The translations under genes were made by a program, and so were the position numbers. Under the pieces are notes generated by a model. The model had not been told where the DNA came from. It saw only the letters and a list, made by a program, of their open reading frames with translations, and did no database searches. Positions 1 through 9,717 of a stretch of DNA of 44,748 nucleotides are shown piece after piece. Every line of letters starts with the position of its first letter. The stretch's first letter is position 1. Source of the DNA: a virus; the UHGV virus genome UHGV-0124463; one strand, given 5' to 3'.

Positions 1-19
1 CAACCGATGCATTCAGTGA

Positions 20-73
20 CCAATCCTGAGCGTGCAGGCGCTGGAGGATGAGGTGTTCTTGTATATGCAAGGG
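20..73. repeat. 54-bp segment identical to the last 54 bp of the window (44695..44748); terminal redundancy / circular-permutation join
   Basis: Direct comparison: bases 20-73 and 44695-44748 are both ccaatcctgagcgtgcaggcgctggaggatgaggtgttcttgtatatgcaaggg; preceding base differs (a at 19, t at 44694). Confidence 0.85.
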
Positions 74-748
74 CCCAGTCCCAGCAACAAGCTTTTGATT
101 GTGTCTATGGACCCGCGTGAAGGTTATCAGCTGGGTTCGGAGTACCGCGAAGCCTACTCGGATTTGCAGAAGCAAGTTCAAGTGCAGGATGGGGTGTTTA
201 CTGTTCCGGCGGTACTGTGCCCCGTCGGGTGGGCTGACAACTACAAGGAAGAGCTTATCCTAACGTACTTGCCCAGCAACCCTATGGGGCCTACTGAGGT
301 TGGCATCAAGGAGATTGCCGGGGAGAACACCCTGCGGGTTGTGCGTGGTGTACCTGATGGCACCTACGTAATTGGGAGACGCTACCGCAGTACGTTCACT
401 CTAACTACGCCTATTCTACGGGACCAGAATGACAAGCTAGTGGGAAGTGGGCACGTGCGCCTGCTGCGCCTGGACGTAGCAGTACGTAACTCTGGGCACT
501 TCGATGTACAGGTACTAGACACCCCACGGGACGTCAACTGGGGTGGGGAACTAACCGGTATCTTGATGAACTCAAAGGAGCTAACGCTTGGGCAGGCCCT
601 GCGTATGGACTTGGCTACGATTACCGTGCCGTGCCGTACTAACGCAGACACAACCGAGGTGACGTTATTTACTGAGGGTTCTATGGAACTGAACGTGCTG
701 GATATCTCGTATATCCTGCGCTACAACCAACGCAGACGGAGAATTTAA
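32..748 (+). CDS. tail tubular protein B (T7 gp12-like), 3' portion; 5' portion is 43063..44748 across the permutation join
   Basis: Open frame at window end (43063..44748) continues in frame through the 54-bp repeat into this ORF; position after tail tubular A matches T7-like order. Confidence 0.7.
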   Translation: MQALEDEVFLYMQGPSPSNKLLIVSMDPREGYQLGSEYREAYSDLQKQVQVQDGVFTVPAVLCPVGWADNYKEELILTYLPSNPMGPTEVGIKEIAGENTLRVVRGVPDGTYVIGRRYRSTFTLTTPILRDQNDKLVGSGHVRLLRLDVAVRNSGHFDVQVLDTPRDVNWGGELTGILMNSKELTLGQALRMDLATITVPCRTNADTTEVTLFTEGSMELNVLDISYILRYNQRRRRI

Positions 749-749
749 T

Positions 750-1337
750 ATGTGGTGGATGGTTGCGGCCATGGCCGCTAAGGCCGTTCTGGGGCAGAGT
801 GCTCAGATTGAAGTGTCCAAGGCCAGGAACAAGACTGTGATTCAACAGACAGCCAAACAGTTAAACGATATAGCGCTGCAGCGTGCACAGTCCAGGGACA
901 GGACTGAGGTATCCCTGTTTAACATCCAGCAGCAGAAACTGCAGGCGCAGAGCCAAGTAGGACTGCAGGCAGCAGCCTCTGGCACTATGGGGGCCTCTGT
1001 TAAAGACGCCGTAGCCACCGTGAACACAGTAGCAGGGCGACAAGAGGCTAGCGTACGGGACCAGCAGGCAACCCAGGAAGAGGGCTTCCGGCTAATGACG
1101 GACAAGGCTGTGGATAGTGGTCTGGCTAACATGGACATGGAGGACCCGTACGATAACATGTTTAACTCGTTGCTAAGTGTTGGGGCATCTGCCGTTGGGC
1201 AGTACGCCGGTAACGCTGCGTCATCTTCTGACTCTGGCGGCTCATCCCCTGGTAGCGGTGCGTCGGCTACACAGAACACGGCATCCTCCTATGACTTATG
1301 GGGGAGTAAGGGTAACAGCTCAGTTCATACCTGGTAA
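750..1337 (+). CDS. internal virion protein (T7 gp14-like size class)
   Basis: 195 aa, Q/A-rich, Ser/Gly-rich C-terminus; position directly after tail tubular B. Confidence 0.45.
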   Translation: MWWMVAAMAAKAVLGQSAQIEVSKARNKTVIQQTAKQLNDIALQRAQSRDRTEVSLFNIQQQKLQAQSQVGLQAAASGTMGASVKDAVATVNTVAGRQEASVRDQQATQEEGFRLMTDKAVDSGLANMDMEDPYDNMFNSLLSVGASAVGQYAGNAASSSDSGGSSPGSGASATQNTASSYDLWGSKGNSSVHTW

Positions 1338-1354
1338 CTTAAGAGGAATATTAA

Positions 1355-4039
1355 ATGCCTGTGATTCAACCCAATAGACAGGGGCTAAATGTCGGTGGCG
1401 TACAATTGCAGGCCAACGATGTTAGCTTGCCGTCAACGGTGAGTGAGGTATCTGTTGATACCTCCAAAGCAAAACGTCTAGCCGCCCTGTCTGGGTTTGT
1501 GCAGGACTTCGGCGTAGGCTTTGACGAGGCAGTAAAAGAGAACGCCGCAGCCGCCACAGTGCGCGGCGCGATGGATGCTCAGGGTGCGGTGGACGCGATG
1601 GCCTCCAAGGACGAGGCTGTACAGAAGCAGAACATCTTCGTACGTGAAGCCTACCAGGATGGCTACGTATCCGCTGCTGCATACGACTCGCTAGCCAAGT
1701 GGCGCACAGACAGTATCGCCCGGGCTAAGAAAGCTGCCGAGTCCGGGTTGACTGACGAGGAGTTCCAGCAGCAGGAGCAAGAGCACGTCCAGTCTATGTC
1801 GGACAAGCTCGGTATGTATCTACCGGATATGTCCAAGCAGTCCGCTACCACCATACTGCAGCAGCTCCGTGCTACCAGCATGGCGAACTATACAGCCTTC
1901 CAGAAAGGTCGAGCTGCGTTTGCCCTGGCGCAGGCTGACCGTGCCCTAGACCGCGGCCTTAGCTCGTCCAGTGATGAGTTCTATCAGCGCCTACAAGCAG
2001 GGCAGGGTGCCGCTGCGCAGATGTCTATCAAGACCGGCTTAGACAGCATCCTGGCTGCTGAGCACCTGGATAAGAGCAAAAAGCTTGACCGGGCCAAGCA
2101 GTATTTGGTCAGCGTAGCGCAGCAGACGCAGGACCCGCTGGTAATCAACCAGCTGCAAGAAATGGCCACTAAGGAACTTGGTGTCAACTCCGTAGATGTC
2201 AACGCGGCGCTATATCAGGAGTTCAAGCGTGCTGGTGCTCAGATTGAGACCCAAGCCCGTTTCGAAATCTCTGATGCAATCCAGTCCCTTGAAGGGCAGA
2301 CCCCAGAGCAGCAGGAACAGACTATGGCGCATATTCGTAGTCGTGTCATTGAGCTGTCTGCATCTGATGTGCTCAGCGCTGGCACCAGTATGGAGTTCTG
2401 GAACAAGGCCCAGACCATCCGCGAGAAGGCAGCGGACACCCAGGCATTGCGCACAGCAATCACTGGGAATATGCCAAGCTCTACTTTAGCAGGCATGTTC
2501 AAAGGGGACTTAGATAAGGCGCGTACTCAGCTGCTCAAGAGCTTTCCGGACACCCCGGAAGGGAACCTGCAGTTGCTGGCATACGGGAGCAACAGCAAGG
2601 ATGCGTGGGCAGTCAACGAGGCGCACAAGCGTATGTCTTCGGACATGGCACGTACGCTGACTACGCTGGACCAGCTCGGTGAGGATGGCGAGGTTTCCCG
2701 CGAGAACGTCAACAGCATCAACTTGTGGGCACAGGCTTATAGCACCAGTACGGACTTAGGTAAGATGGCCCTGCTGTCTGAGGTCCCGTCCGAGTGGCAG
2801 GGGGTGGTGCAGAAAGCTATTGCACAAAACCCAAGCAATGCCAGCAATACTATCTTGGACGACCTGCGCCGCCAGGCGCGTAACAAGGCCAGTGGGCGCT
2901 ACAGCAATATCCAGAGTAACCCCACGGACAAGATGGTAGACCCTAGCGGTACCAGCAACTGGTTCAGTTTCTTTGGCGATGCCGACGCTCAGCGCCAGGA
3001 AGCGCGCGCTGCTATGGAGGAGGAGTACCGTTATACGTACAGCCGCAACCCAGAATCTCTGGTGGGTAAAGATGCCGAGGACATCAACACGATGCTAAAG
3101 GGTAACATCCAAGCCCGTAAGCTAGAGCTGGAAATTGCCGGTACGCCGAGGCACGTGTATCTGCCTGCCGGAACCTCTCTGCAGTCTATTATGGGTGACT
3201 ACAAGGGCGACCAGGAGCAGTTCAAGGCTACGCTGCAACAGCAGATTCAAAACCAAGTACAGGCTATCACTGACCCCAGCAACATGGAACGTGTAGTGGT
3301 GCAAGCCGCCACTGCGGGCAACGCAGGTCAGAACATGACCGTAACCGTGTTCGACAAGAAGGGCACATTCCAGACTATGTCTGTGAACCTTCGTGACGTT
3401 CAGGCTACTGCACAGGCTGCGTATGATTCAGCACTGGCGGGTGCTATGAAGATTGGTAGTGAGCAAGTAGGGGTACGTCCCGCCACCTTCTATGACCACG
3501 ATAATGGGCGCGCTGTCAGCGTGCAGGTCAACGGTCGTAACGCGGTGGGGCTGGAACCATCGCTGTTTAGTGACATCCTCGCCACCACTATGAAGTTCGA
3601 AGGGTTCCGAGAAGGCAAGGGCAAGGGTAGCGTAGGCTTCGGTCTGCACGTTAACTCGGGCATGCCTGTCCCTCAGAAAGTAACCATTGACGACGGTATC
3701 AGTATCCTTAAATCCTCTATGGAGAGGCAGTACGTTCCGAACGTGCAGAAGCAACTCAAGGGGCAGGGTTTGAATGCCTCCGATGAGGCGTTAAAGGTTA
3801 TGGTGGACCTGAACTATCACGGTGGTAACGGTAGCTCTGGTCCTGTAGCAGAGGCCATGGCACAGGTACGCAAGGCTGCTAAGTCCCCGGTGGGGGCGTA
3901 TCAGTATCCTGTATCTGAGGCCCAGGGTAGGGCTTGGCAAGCGCTGAGGAATACCCAGGCGTACAAGCAGGCCCAACCTGAGCGTAAGAAGTACCTGGAA
4001 CAAAACCTACGTGATTGGCTCTTTGAGGCAACGCACTAA
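1355..4039 (+). CDS. internal virion/core protein (T7 gp15-like position)
   Basis: 894 aa, RBS AAGAGGAA upstream; second of three large ORFs between tail tubular B and tail fiber, as in T7-like phages. Confidence 0.5.
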   Translation: MPVIQPNRQGLNVGGVQLQANDVSLPSTVSEVSVDTSKAKRLAALSGFVQDFGVGFDEAVKENAAAATVRGAMDAQGAVDAMASKDEAVQKQNIFVREAYQDGYVSAAAYDSLAKWRTDSIARAKKAAESGLTDEEFQQQEQEHVQSMSDKLGMYLPDMSKQSATTILQQLRATSMANYTAFQKGRAAFALAQADRALDRGLSSSSDEFYQRLQAGQGAAAQMSIKTGLDSILAAEHLDKSKKLDRAKQYLVSVAQQTQDPLVINQLQEMATKELGVNSVDVNAALYQEFKRAGAQIETQARFEISDAIQSLEGQTPEQQEQTMAHIRSRVIELSASDVLSAGTSMEFWNKAQTIREKAADTQALRTAITGNMPSSTLAGMFKGDLDKARTQLLKSFPDTPEGNLQLLAYGSNSKDAWAVNEAHKRMSSDMARTLTTLDQLGEDGEVSRENVNSINLWAQAYSTSTDLGKMALLSEVPSEWQGVVQKAIAQNPSNASNTILDDLRRQARNKASGRYSNIQSNPTDKMVDPSGTSNWFSFFGDADAQRQEARAAMEEEYRYTYSRNPESLVGKDAEDINTMLKGNIQARKLELEIAGTPRHVYLPAGTSLQSIMGDYKGDQEQFKATLQQQIQNQVQAITDPSNMERVVVQAATAGNAGQNMTVTVFDKKGTFQTMSVNLRDVQATAQAAYDSALAGAMKIGSEQVGVRPATFYDHDNGRAVSVQVNGRNAVGLEPSLFSDILATTMKFEGFREGKGKGSVGFGLHVNSGMPVPQKVTIDDGISILKSSMERQYVPNVQKQLKGQGLNASDEALKVMVDLNYHGGNGSSGPVAEAMAQVRKAAKSPVGAYQYPVSEAQGRAWQALRNTQAYKQAQPERKKYLEQNLRDWLFEATH

Positions 4040-4042
4040 CTA

Positions 4043-4060
4043 GAGGCCCTCCGGGGCCTC
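4043..4060 (+). terminator. GC-rich hairpin (7-bp stem gaggccc/gggcctc, loop tccg) followed by a T-rich stretch; weak terminator or RNA processing site
   Basis: Inverted repeat read directly from sequence between two core-protein genes; the T-run is imperfect. Confidence 0.3.
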
Positions 4061-4089
4061 CCCTTATCAAAATTCTTTTAGGAGATATT

Positions 4090-7000
4090 ATGGCTCAGTT
4101 TCTGAACCAAGAACCGAATCCACAGGAAAAGGATTCTGCTAAGGGCGCAACACTTAAACCTGCGCCTGAGCGCGTAGATTGGAACGATGCCGGGGACAAC
4201 GGCTTAAATGCACTGGAGCGAGCCTCCTTAATGGCGCAGGCCAAGACCCCAGCTACTACAGCCGGGGAGAGCTTTGCGTCGGGTATGGGCAACAGCATCA
4301 TCGCCGCAGCTATCCGCAAGGCCTCTGCCCCGGCATTTGACCGGGACCAGAACTTTAACGCCAAGCAGACTCTGAGCAGCGACACCCGAGCTAAGCTGTA
4401 TGCTCCAAATCAGGAAGAGATTGAGTACCTGCACGATTCCGTATCGGTCGAGGATTACAACTACCGCATGCAGCAGATGCTTGAGCAACGCGACCGTGAC
4501 CGCTTAATGGCTGACAACACGGTAGCCGGGTTCGCGGGTATGTTGGTGGGTGATTCTCCGTTCATCCTGGCCCCGATGTCTGCCGCTGGTATTGCTGGCC
4601 GCGCAGGCTTAGCTGCACGGACTGCTATCCGCGCTGCTGACGTAGGCTCCGCATTCTATGCGCAGGACCAACTGGGCCAGTCTGCTGCGGTAACTGCACT
4701 GGTAGCGGGCGTAGCTGGGTTGGACCAGCTCTGGGATATGTCTAGGGCTGCTAAAGCTGCTGCTAAGGCTCGTACTGGGCGTGAGCCTATGTTCGACCCA
4801 GAAGCGCCTACAACTCGTACAGCGAGGGACGCTAATGTTACAGGAGTAGGAGAGGGAGAGGAAATCCTTACTAAGACACTGGATGAAAGCATCCAAGTAT
4901 CTAGAAACAATACCGCCTCCGTGAACATGAAAGCACAGCACGTAGTTCAGTTCTTGAAGAAGTCCGAACACTTAACAGCAGGCCAGAAGGCTATTCTGGA
5001 CACGCTGGGCGATGCTGTAAATGACATTGATTTTAAACTGGTAGCAGGCTCCGCAAACCGCAGCCGCTACACTTACGCACAGCAAGATTTAGCTAAGCGT
5101 GGAGAGGTGTCTCTACGCGCACCTAAGCGAGCTAATGGCAGCACATGGACTACAGCAGGGGACGCACTGCGTGCTATGGATGCAGACACAAGCAGGGTAG
5201 CCGTGCACGAACTGATTCATGCCGCCACTGCGCGCGCCGTTGACAGTAACCCAGAGATTGCTAAGCGCCTGGATGAAGTGCGCGCTGTTATTGCAGCGGA
5301 CTCCACCTTGACGCCGCGTATGCGGTATTACGCTAGTAATGTGCACGAGATGCTGGCAGGCTTAGGTGACAGCCCTGAGTGGGTTGAGCATCTGGCGCGG
5401 ACGAAATCCCCAACCGGTAAGAGCATGCTCCGCCAACTGGGCGAGTACATCATGAATGCCCTGGGCATCAAGGCCAAAGGTTCTGCCTTGGAAGATGTCT
5501 TGGATGCGTACGAGGACGCCGTTAAGTGGACAGCTAAGGATTATGCAGACCAAGCCCAGAGCTTCCGTAGTGAAGCCTTCCAGGACCTGGCGGGCAGCAC
5601 TACCCTAAACGAGGCTAAGGGTGCCCAAGCTATGCTGGATGGCGCTAAGAAGAAGCTCTCTACTATGTTTGCCCTGTACGATAACATCGCTCAAGGCAAT
5701 GAAGACTTGGCTAAACTGCTAGTGTCGGATGCGTCCGCAGTAGGCGGCCGTCGCCCGTCTGTAGTGGACTTCAAGCGCAACCTCACTTTGGAGATGGACG
5801 CCAGCGCTAGCGTAGTGGAAGACGCTATCCTGGGCGCGTTGAAGGATAAGGGTGTAGGTTTCTCTGAGCGCTTCTTCCATCGTAGTAAGTTCCGCGCTGA
5901 GCGGGCTGCGCTGGAGGACCGCCTGAGCAAGTACCTGGATGCTGCCTATAGCGCTGACGTAAACGGTAGAGCTGTTCCTGTGCCGGATGCAGAGATTGCC
6001 ACACTGGTTGACGCCTACCGCCGCTCTGGCTGGGCTAGCAAGTGGCACGAGCATATGCTCAATGCCGGGCTAGTGGATGATGGTGCGTTGGTTAAATCCG
6101 ACTACTACTTCCCGCGTCAGTACAGCTACGACAAGATGCGTCAAGGTATCGCACAGGGTAACACTCTGGACGACTACCGCGCCCTGTTCCGGTCCGCCTT
6201 GCGGGACGTTTACCCGAGCATGGAGTCAGAGGTAGTGCAGCGTGTTGCCAAGGAGATGGTTGACGGCATCTACAATGGCCGTGCCGGACAGTCCGGCCCT
6301 ATGTGGAAGCAGCTGATTAACGGTATGGGTAACGATGAGGTCGTTATGGCTATGCGTAGCGCCGGTGTAGAGGAGTCTGCAATCCAGAGCTTCCTGGCTG
6401 GCAACGTACGCGAATCCGGCAGCACATCCCCTGCGCGGAACCTGCGTCAGCGTACTCGGTTCAACATGGACAAAGAGTATCTGGTGAACGGTAAGAGCAT
6501 GCGCATGCAGGACCTGATGGATACTGATGTAGCCAAGGTTATGCACGGGTACACTAACCGTATGTCTGGACGTGTAGGCATGGCCTATGCAGGCGTACAG
6601 GACCTGGGACAGCTCGCTAAGATGATTGATGAGTCCAAGCACGCACTGGCGGATTCCGCTAAGTGGGAGAAGACAATCAATGACACCATCGACTTTATCC
6701 TGGGTGGGGCTCCTGCTGACGCAGGGCAGCTTCCGGATTTGCTACGCGCAGCCGGGAACATGGCTAACGCCACCATGCTTAAGAACTCCGGGCTGTATCA
6801 GCTGACGGATACTGCGCTGGCTATGAAGGAGTTCGGCATGGCTAGAGTGCTGCGCAGTATGCGTGACCAGCCTTGGTTCAAGGAAGGTGCCGTAGCTATC
6901 AAGACTCCGGATATGGCTGCCCGTCTAGACACCGTGCTGCGTGGTAATATCCAGAAGGAGATGCGCTTCCGCTGGCTGAATACGTATGCTGACGATAACT

Positions 7001-7788
7001 TGGACCTGACCCGTCAGGCCTCTTGGTTCAACGTCACTCAGAACGTTGGGCAGGCTGCACGTCACGTCAACGGCATGAGTATGGTGCATCGGCTGCAGGT
7101 TAACCTGAACTCCGGTATTGTGGCAGATGAGCTTACGCAGATGTTCAAGGGCGATGCTGAGGCGTTTAAGCGTCTGGAGCGTTTCGGGCTTACCCGAGAC
7201 GTTGCGGACCGAGCTATCGCCGCCAACAAGGCTAACCCGGGAGCTATGTTCCAGCCGGACCTGCAAATGCAAGTTGAGGTTGTGGGGACGCGTATGATGG
7301 ACTACCTGGTACAGCAGGTTCGTACCGGTGAGACTTCACACTTTGCACAGTTCAACCCCATCGGCAAAGTCATTGTAGGGTACCAGAGCTTCGCACTGGC
7401 TGCCACTAACAAGATTCTGCGTAGGGAGCTGAACGATGCTGGGTGGATTGGTGTGGCCCATATTATGGCGTACCAGTTCCCATTGATGCTGCTGGCTACT
7501 ATGGCCAAGCACGGCATGGACGGGAAGGACGTAGACACCCAGAAACTCATCGGCGAGTCCGTGATGGGTATGAGTGCTATTGGCGGTGTATCCTTACTGC
7601 AGGATATCTTCCTGGGGGATTCTCCCCGCCACTCGTTGGCGTCTATGGGTTATGTCACAGGACTACTTGGGGCTGTGCAGGACCTAGCTACCGGTAATAT
7701 GGATATCAAGACCTTCACTAAGCAGGTACCGTTAATCCAGGAATTCGCACCTACGCGAGCTATCATCAATAACTTCGGAGACGATTAA
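4090..7788 (+). CDS. large internal virion/core protein (T7 gp16-like position)
   Basis: 1232 aa ORF with RBS GGAG upstream; position before tail fiber. Confidence 0.55.
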   Translation: MAQFLNQEPNPQEKDSAKGATLKPAPERVDWNDAGDNGLNALERASLMAQAKTPATTAGESFASGMGNSIIAAAIRKASAPAFDRDQNFNAKQTLSSDTRAKLYAPNQEEIEYLHDSVSVEDYNYRMQQMLEQRDRDRLMADNTVAGFAGMLVGDSPFILAPMSAAGIAGRAGLAARTAIRAADVGSAFYAQDQLGQSAAVTALVAGVAGLDQLWDMSRAAKAAAKARTGREPMFDPEAPTTRTARDANVTGVGEGEEILTKTLDESIQVSRNNTASVNMKAQHVVQFLKKSEHLTAGQKAILDTLGDAVNDIDFKLVAGSANRSRYTYAQQDLAKRGEVSLRAPKRANGSTWTTAGDALRAMDADTSRVAVHELIHAATARAVDSNPEIAKRLDEVRAVIAADSTLTPRMRYYASNVHEMLAGLGDSPEWVEHLARTKSPTGKSMLRQLGEYIMNALGIKAKGSALEDVLDAYEDAVKWTAKDYADQAQSFRSEAFQDLAGSTTLNEAKGAQAMLDGAKKKLSTMFALYDNIAQGNEDLAKLLVSDASAVGGRRPSVVDFKRNLTLEMDASASVVEDAILGALKDKGVGFSERFFHRSKFRAERAALEDRLSKYLDAAYSADVNGRAVPVPDAEIATLVDAYRRSGWASKWHEHMLNAGLVDDGALVKSDYYFPRQYSYDKMRQGIAQGNTLDDYRALFRSALRDVYPSMESEVVQRVAKEMVDGIYNGRAGQSGPMWKQLINGMGNDEVVMAMRSAGVEESAIQSFLAGNVRESGSTSPARNLRQRTRFNMDKEYLVNGKSMRMQDLMDTDVAKVMHGYTNRMSGRVGMAYAGVQDLGQLAKMIDESKHALADSAKWEKTINDTIDFILGGAPADAGQLPDLLRAAGNMANATMLKNSGLYQLTDTALAMKEFGMARVLRSMRDQPWFKEGAVAIKTPDMAARLDTVLRGNIQKEMRFRWLNTYADDNLDLTRQASWFNVTQNVGQAARHVNGMSMVHRLQVNLNSGIVADELTQMFKGDAEAFKRLERFGLTRDVADRAIAANKANPGAMFQPDLQMQVEVVGTRMMDYLVQQVRTGETSHFAQFNPIGKVIVGYQSFALAATNKILRRELNDAGWIGVAHIMAYQFPLMLLATMAKHGMDGKDVDTQKLIGESVMGMSAIGGVSLLQDIFLGDSPRHSLASMGYVTGLLGAVQDLATGNMDIKTFTKQVPLIQEFAPTRAIINNFGDD
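4834..4851 (+). promoter_or_regulatory. copy of 17-bp motif ATGTTACAGGAGTAGGA (candidate phage RNAP promoter), located inside the core-protein gene
   Basis: Exact match to the motif copies at 16426..16442 and 37985..38002. Confidence 0.3.
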
Positions 7789-7789
7789 T

Positions 7790-9415
7790 ATGGCATACAG
7801 CTGGCAAGAACAAATCAAGCCAGCTGGTACCCAGGATATCCAGTGTGATATTGAATATTTGGACAAGTCCTATATTCATGTATACCTAGACGGGGTGGAA
7901 ACTACTGGATACACCTGGACCAGCGCTACTAATATAAGACTGAACTCGGCCCTAACGACGAGCACCACTGTACTGCTAATCCGCAAGACTGAGCGCGAGT
8001 ATCTGTACATTGAATTTGCCAGCGGCTCCCCGTTCATTGAAGTGAATGTAGATTCCCAAAACACTCAGTTCTTGCACTTGGCGCAGGAGCTGGTGGAGGG
8101 GCGAGCTATACCTGGATTCTACGGTACCATTAGTATGAACGGGTACCGCATAGCTGACTTAGCCAACCCGATTAACAACCAAGACGCCGCTACCAAGTCT
8201 TATGTAGATGCCGCGGACACCTTACTGGGGCAACGCATTGACGCAGAGCATGCAGGGTGGGTGGATGCAGTAGCCGCCGAGGCAGCTACACGTAAAGCTG
8301 CAGACGACGCGCTAGATGTTCGTACTACCAACCTAGAGCAGACCTTTATCTCTGGGGAGCCTACTGTAAGCTATCCTTGGTATACTGTACTGGCTGAGGC
8401 TACTGACGAGGTAACGCCTGGATTGTCTTTCACAAAGGCTATAGTGTATGTGCAAGGCGTAAACCAGATTCCCGGCTATAGTTTTGAGGTGGTGGATAAT
8501 ACCCTACTGTTTGCAGAGGTACTTCCAGCAGGTACGTTGGTATCTGCCAGATTGGGTTATGACGCAGAGTTGTCGGAAACTTACGCCACAGCTACGGCAT
8601 TAGGGGAAGAGGCGTCAGCCAGGGCAAATGCCGATGCTCAGATAATTCTGGACTATCAAGCGGCAGTAGCGGCCAAGGCAGCCAAGGGTGCTAACTCCGA
8701 CATCACGAGCTTAAGTGGGCTGACTACTCCGCTGAGTAAAGCTCAAGGTGGTACTGGAAATACCTCTGGTGCCGCTGATTCGGCTGCAAAGCTAGCCACA
8801 GCAAGGGCCTTGGTGGTGGATTTGACGTCCACTACGCCCGCCAGTTTTGATGGTACGACCGACGCTACTCTGGGGGCAACCGGCAGTCTGCCGATTACAA
8901 AGGGGGGCACCGGGGCCGGTGACGCTGCTACTGCTAGGGCCAATCTGGGAGCAGCGGCGTCCGGTAGCAACGGCGACATCACGGCATTAACTGGGTTGAG
9001 CGGCGGTATATCCGGCTGCACTGACGGTGCAGCTGCAGCCGCCGGTGTAGTGGGGGAAGTCCTGAGTGCTGTAACTGCGGCAGCTGTAAGTGTTACTAGC
9101 GGCACCCCATTGAACGTTCTGTCCTTGAGCCTACCGGCGGGGGAGTACGAGCTTGAGAGTGCCCTGTTAGTCACTAATAGTGGCAACGTTACTGCTCTCA
9201 GTTTTGGAGTTAGTAGCACCAGCGCAGTGTTACCTAGCAACTGGTACGACTTATATTCCATAACCACCACGTTAGCGGCTGGGAATTCTTCGAGACAGGG
9301 CATGTCGCGCCGTCTACGGCTAAGTGCAACAACCACTGTGTACCTGGTAGCACAGGCCACCTTTACCGGGACCTGTACTGCCCAAGGTTATATTAGAGCG
9401 ATGAGGGTAAGATAA
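7790..9415 (+). CDS. tail fiber protein with T7 gp17-like N-terminal adaptor domain
   Basis: 541 aa; N-terminal ~150 aa resemble the T7 tail-fiber N-terminal pattern, Gly/Ala/Thr-rich distal region; position before terminase genes. Confidence 0.6.
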   Translation: MAYSWQEQIKPAGTQDIQCDIEYLDKSYIHVYLDGVETTGYTWTSATNIRLNSALTTSTTVLLIRKTEREYLYIEFASGSPFIEVNVDSQNTQFLHLAQELVEGRAIPGFYGTISMNGYRIADLANPINNQDAATKSYVDAADTLLGQRIDAEHAGWVDAVAAEAATRKAADDALDVRTTNLEQTFISGEPTVSYPWYTVLAEATDEVTPGLSFTKAIVYVQGVNQIPGYSFEVVDNTLLFAEVLPAGTLVSARLGYDAELSETYATATALGEEASARANADAQIILDYQAAVAAKAAKGANSDITSLSGLTTPLSKAQGGTGNTSGAADSAAKLATARALVVDLTSTTPASFDGTTDATLGATGSLPITKGGTGAGDAATARANLGAAASGSNGDITALTGLSGGISGCTDGAAAAAGVVGEVLSAVTAAAVSVTSGTPLNVLSLSLPAGEYELESALLVTNSGNVTALSFGVSSTSAVLPSNWYDLYSITTTLAAGNSSRQGMSRRLRLSATTTVYLVAQATFTGTCTAQGYIRAMRVR

Positions 9416-9717
9416 TGGCAGGGGCGGCTAAACGCAGTCGCCTCTCGGAGCTGCACCGCATGTTCACTGAGGCCTTGATTGAAGAAATCAAGCAGTCCAA
9501 GGAGGACGAGGTGCCGCTCCCCGCCGCAGATAAATCGGTTATCGCTAAGTTCTTGAAGGACAACGACATCACCGCGGACGCAGATTCCGAGGAGATGCAG
9601 GACCTTCGCGACGAGTTCGATGACGAACTAGCGGCGCGTAGAGAGGCGCGTAAGCAAGAGATTCTAAATAAAGTTGGTGGTTCAGACTCTGAGGACTTAC
9701 TAGAAGGAATTGTATAA
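9415..9717 (+). CDS. terminase small subunit (DNA maturase A) candidate
   Basis: 100-aa acidic protein immediately upstream of and overlapping the large terminase gene. Confidence 0.45.
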   Translation: MAGAAKRSRLSELHRMFTEALIEEIKQSKEDEVPLPAADKSVIAKFLKDNDITADADSEEMQDLRDEFDDELAARREARKQEILNKVGGSDSEDLLEGIV

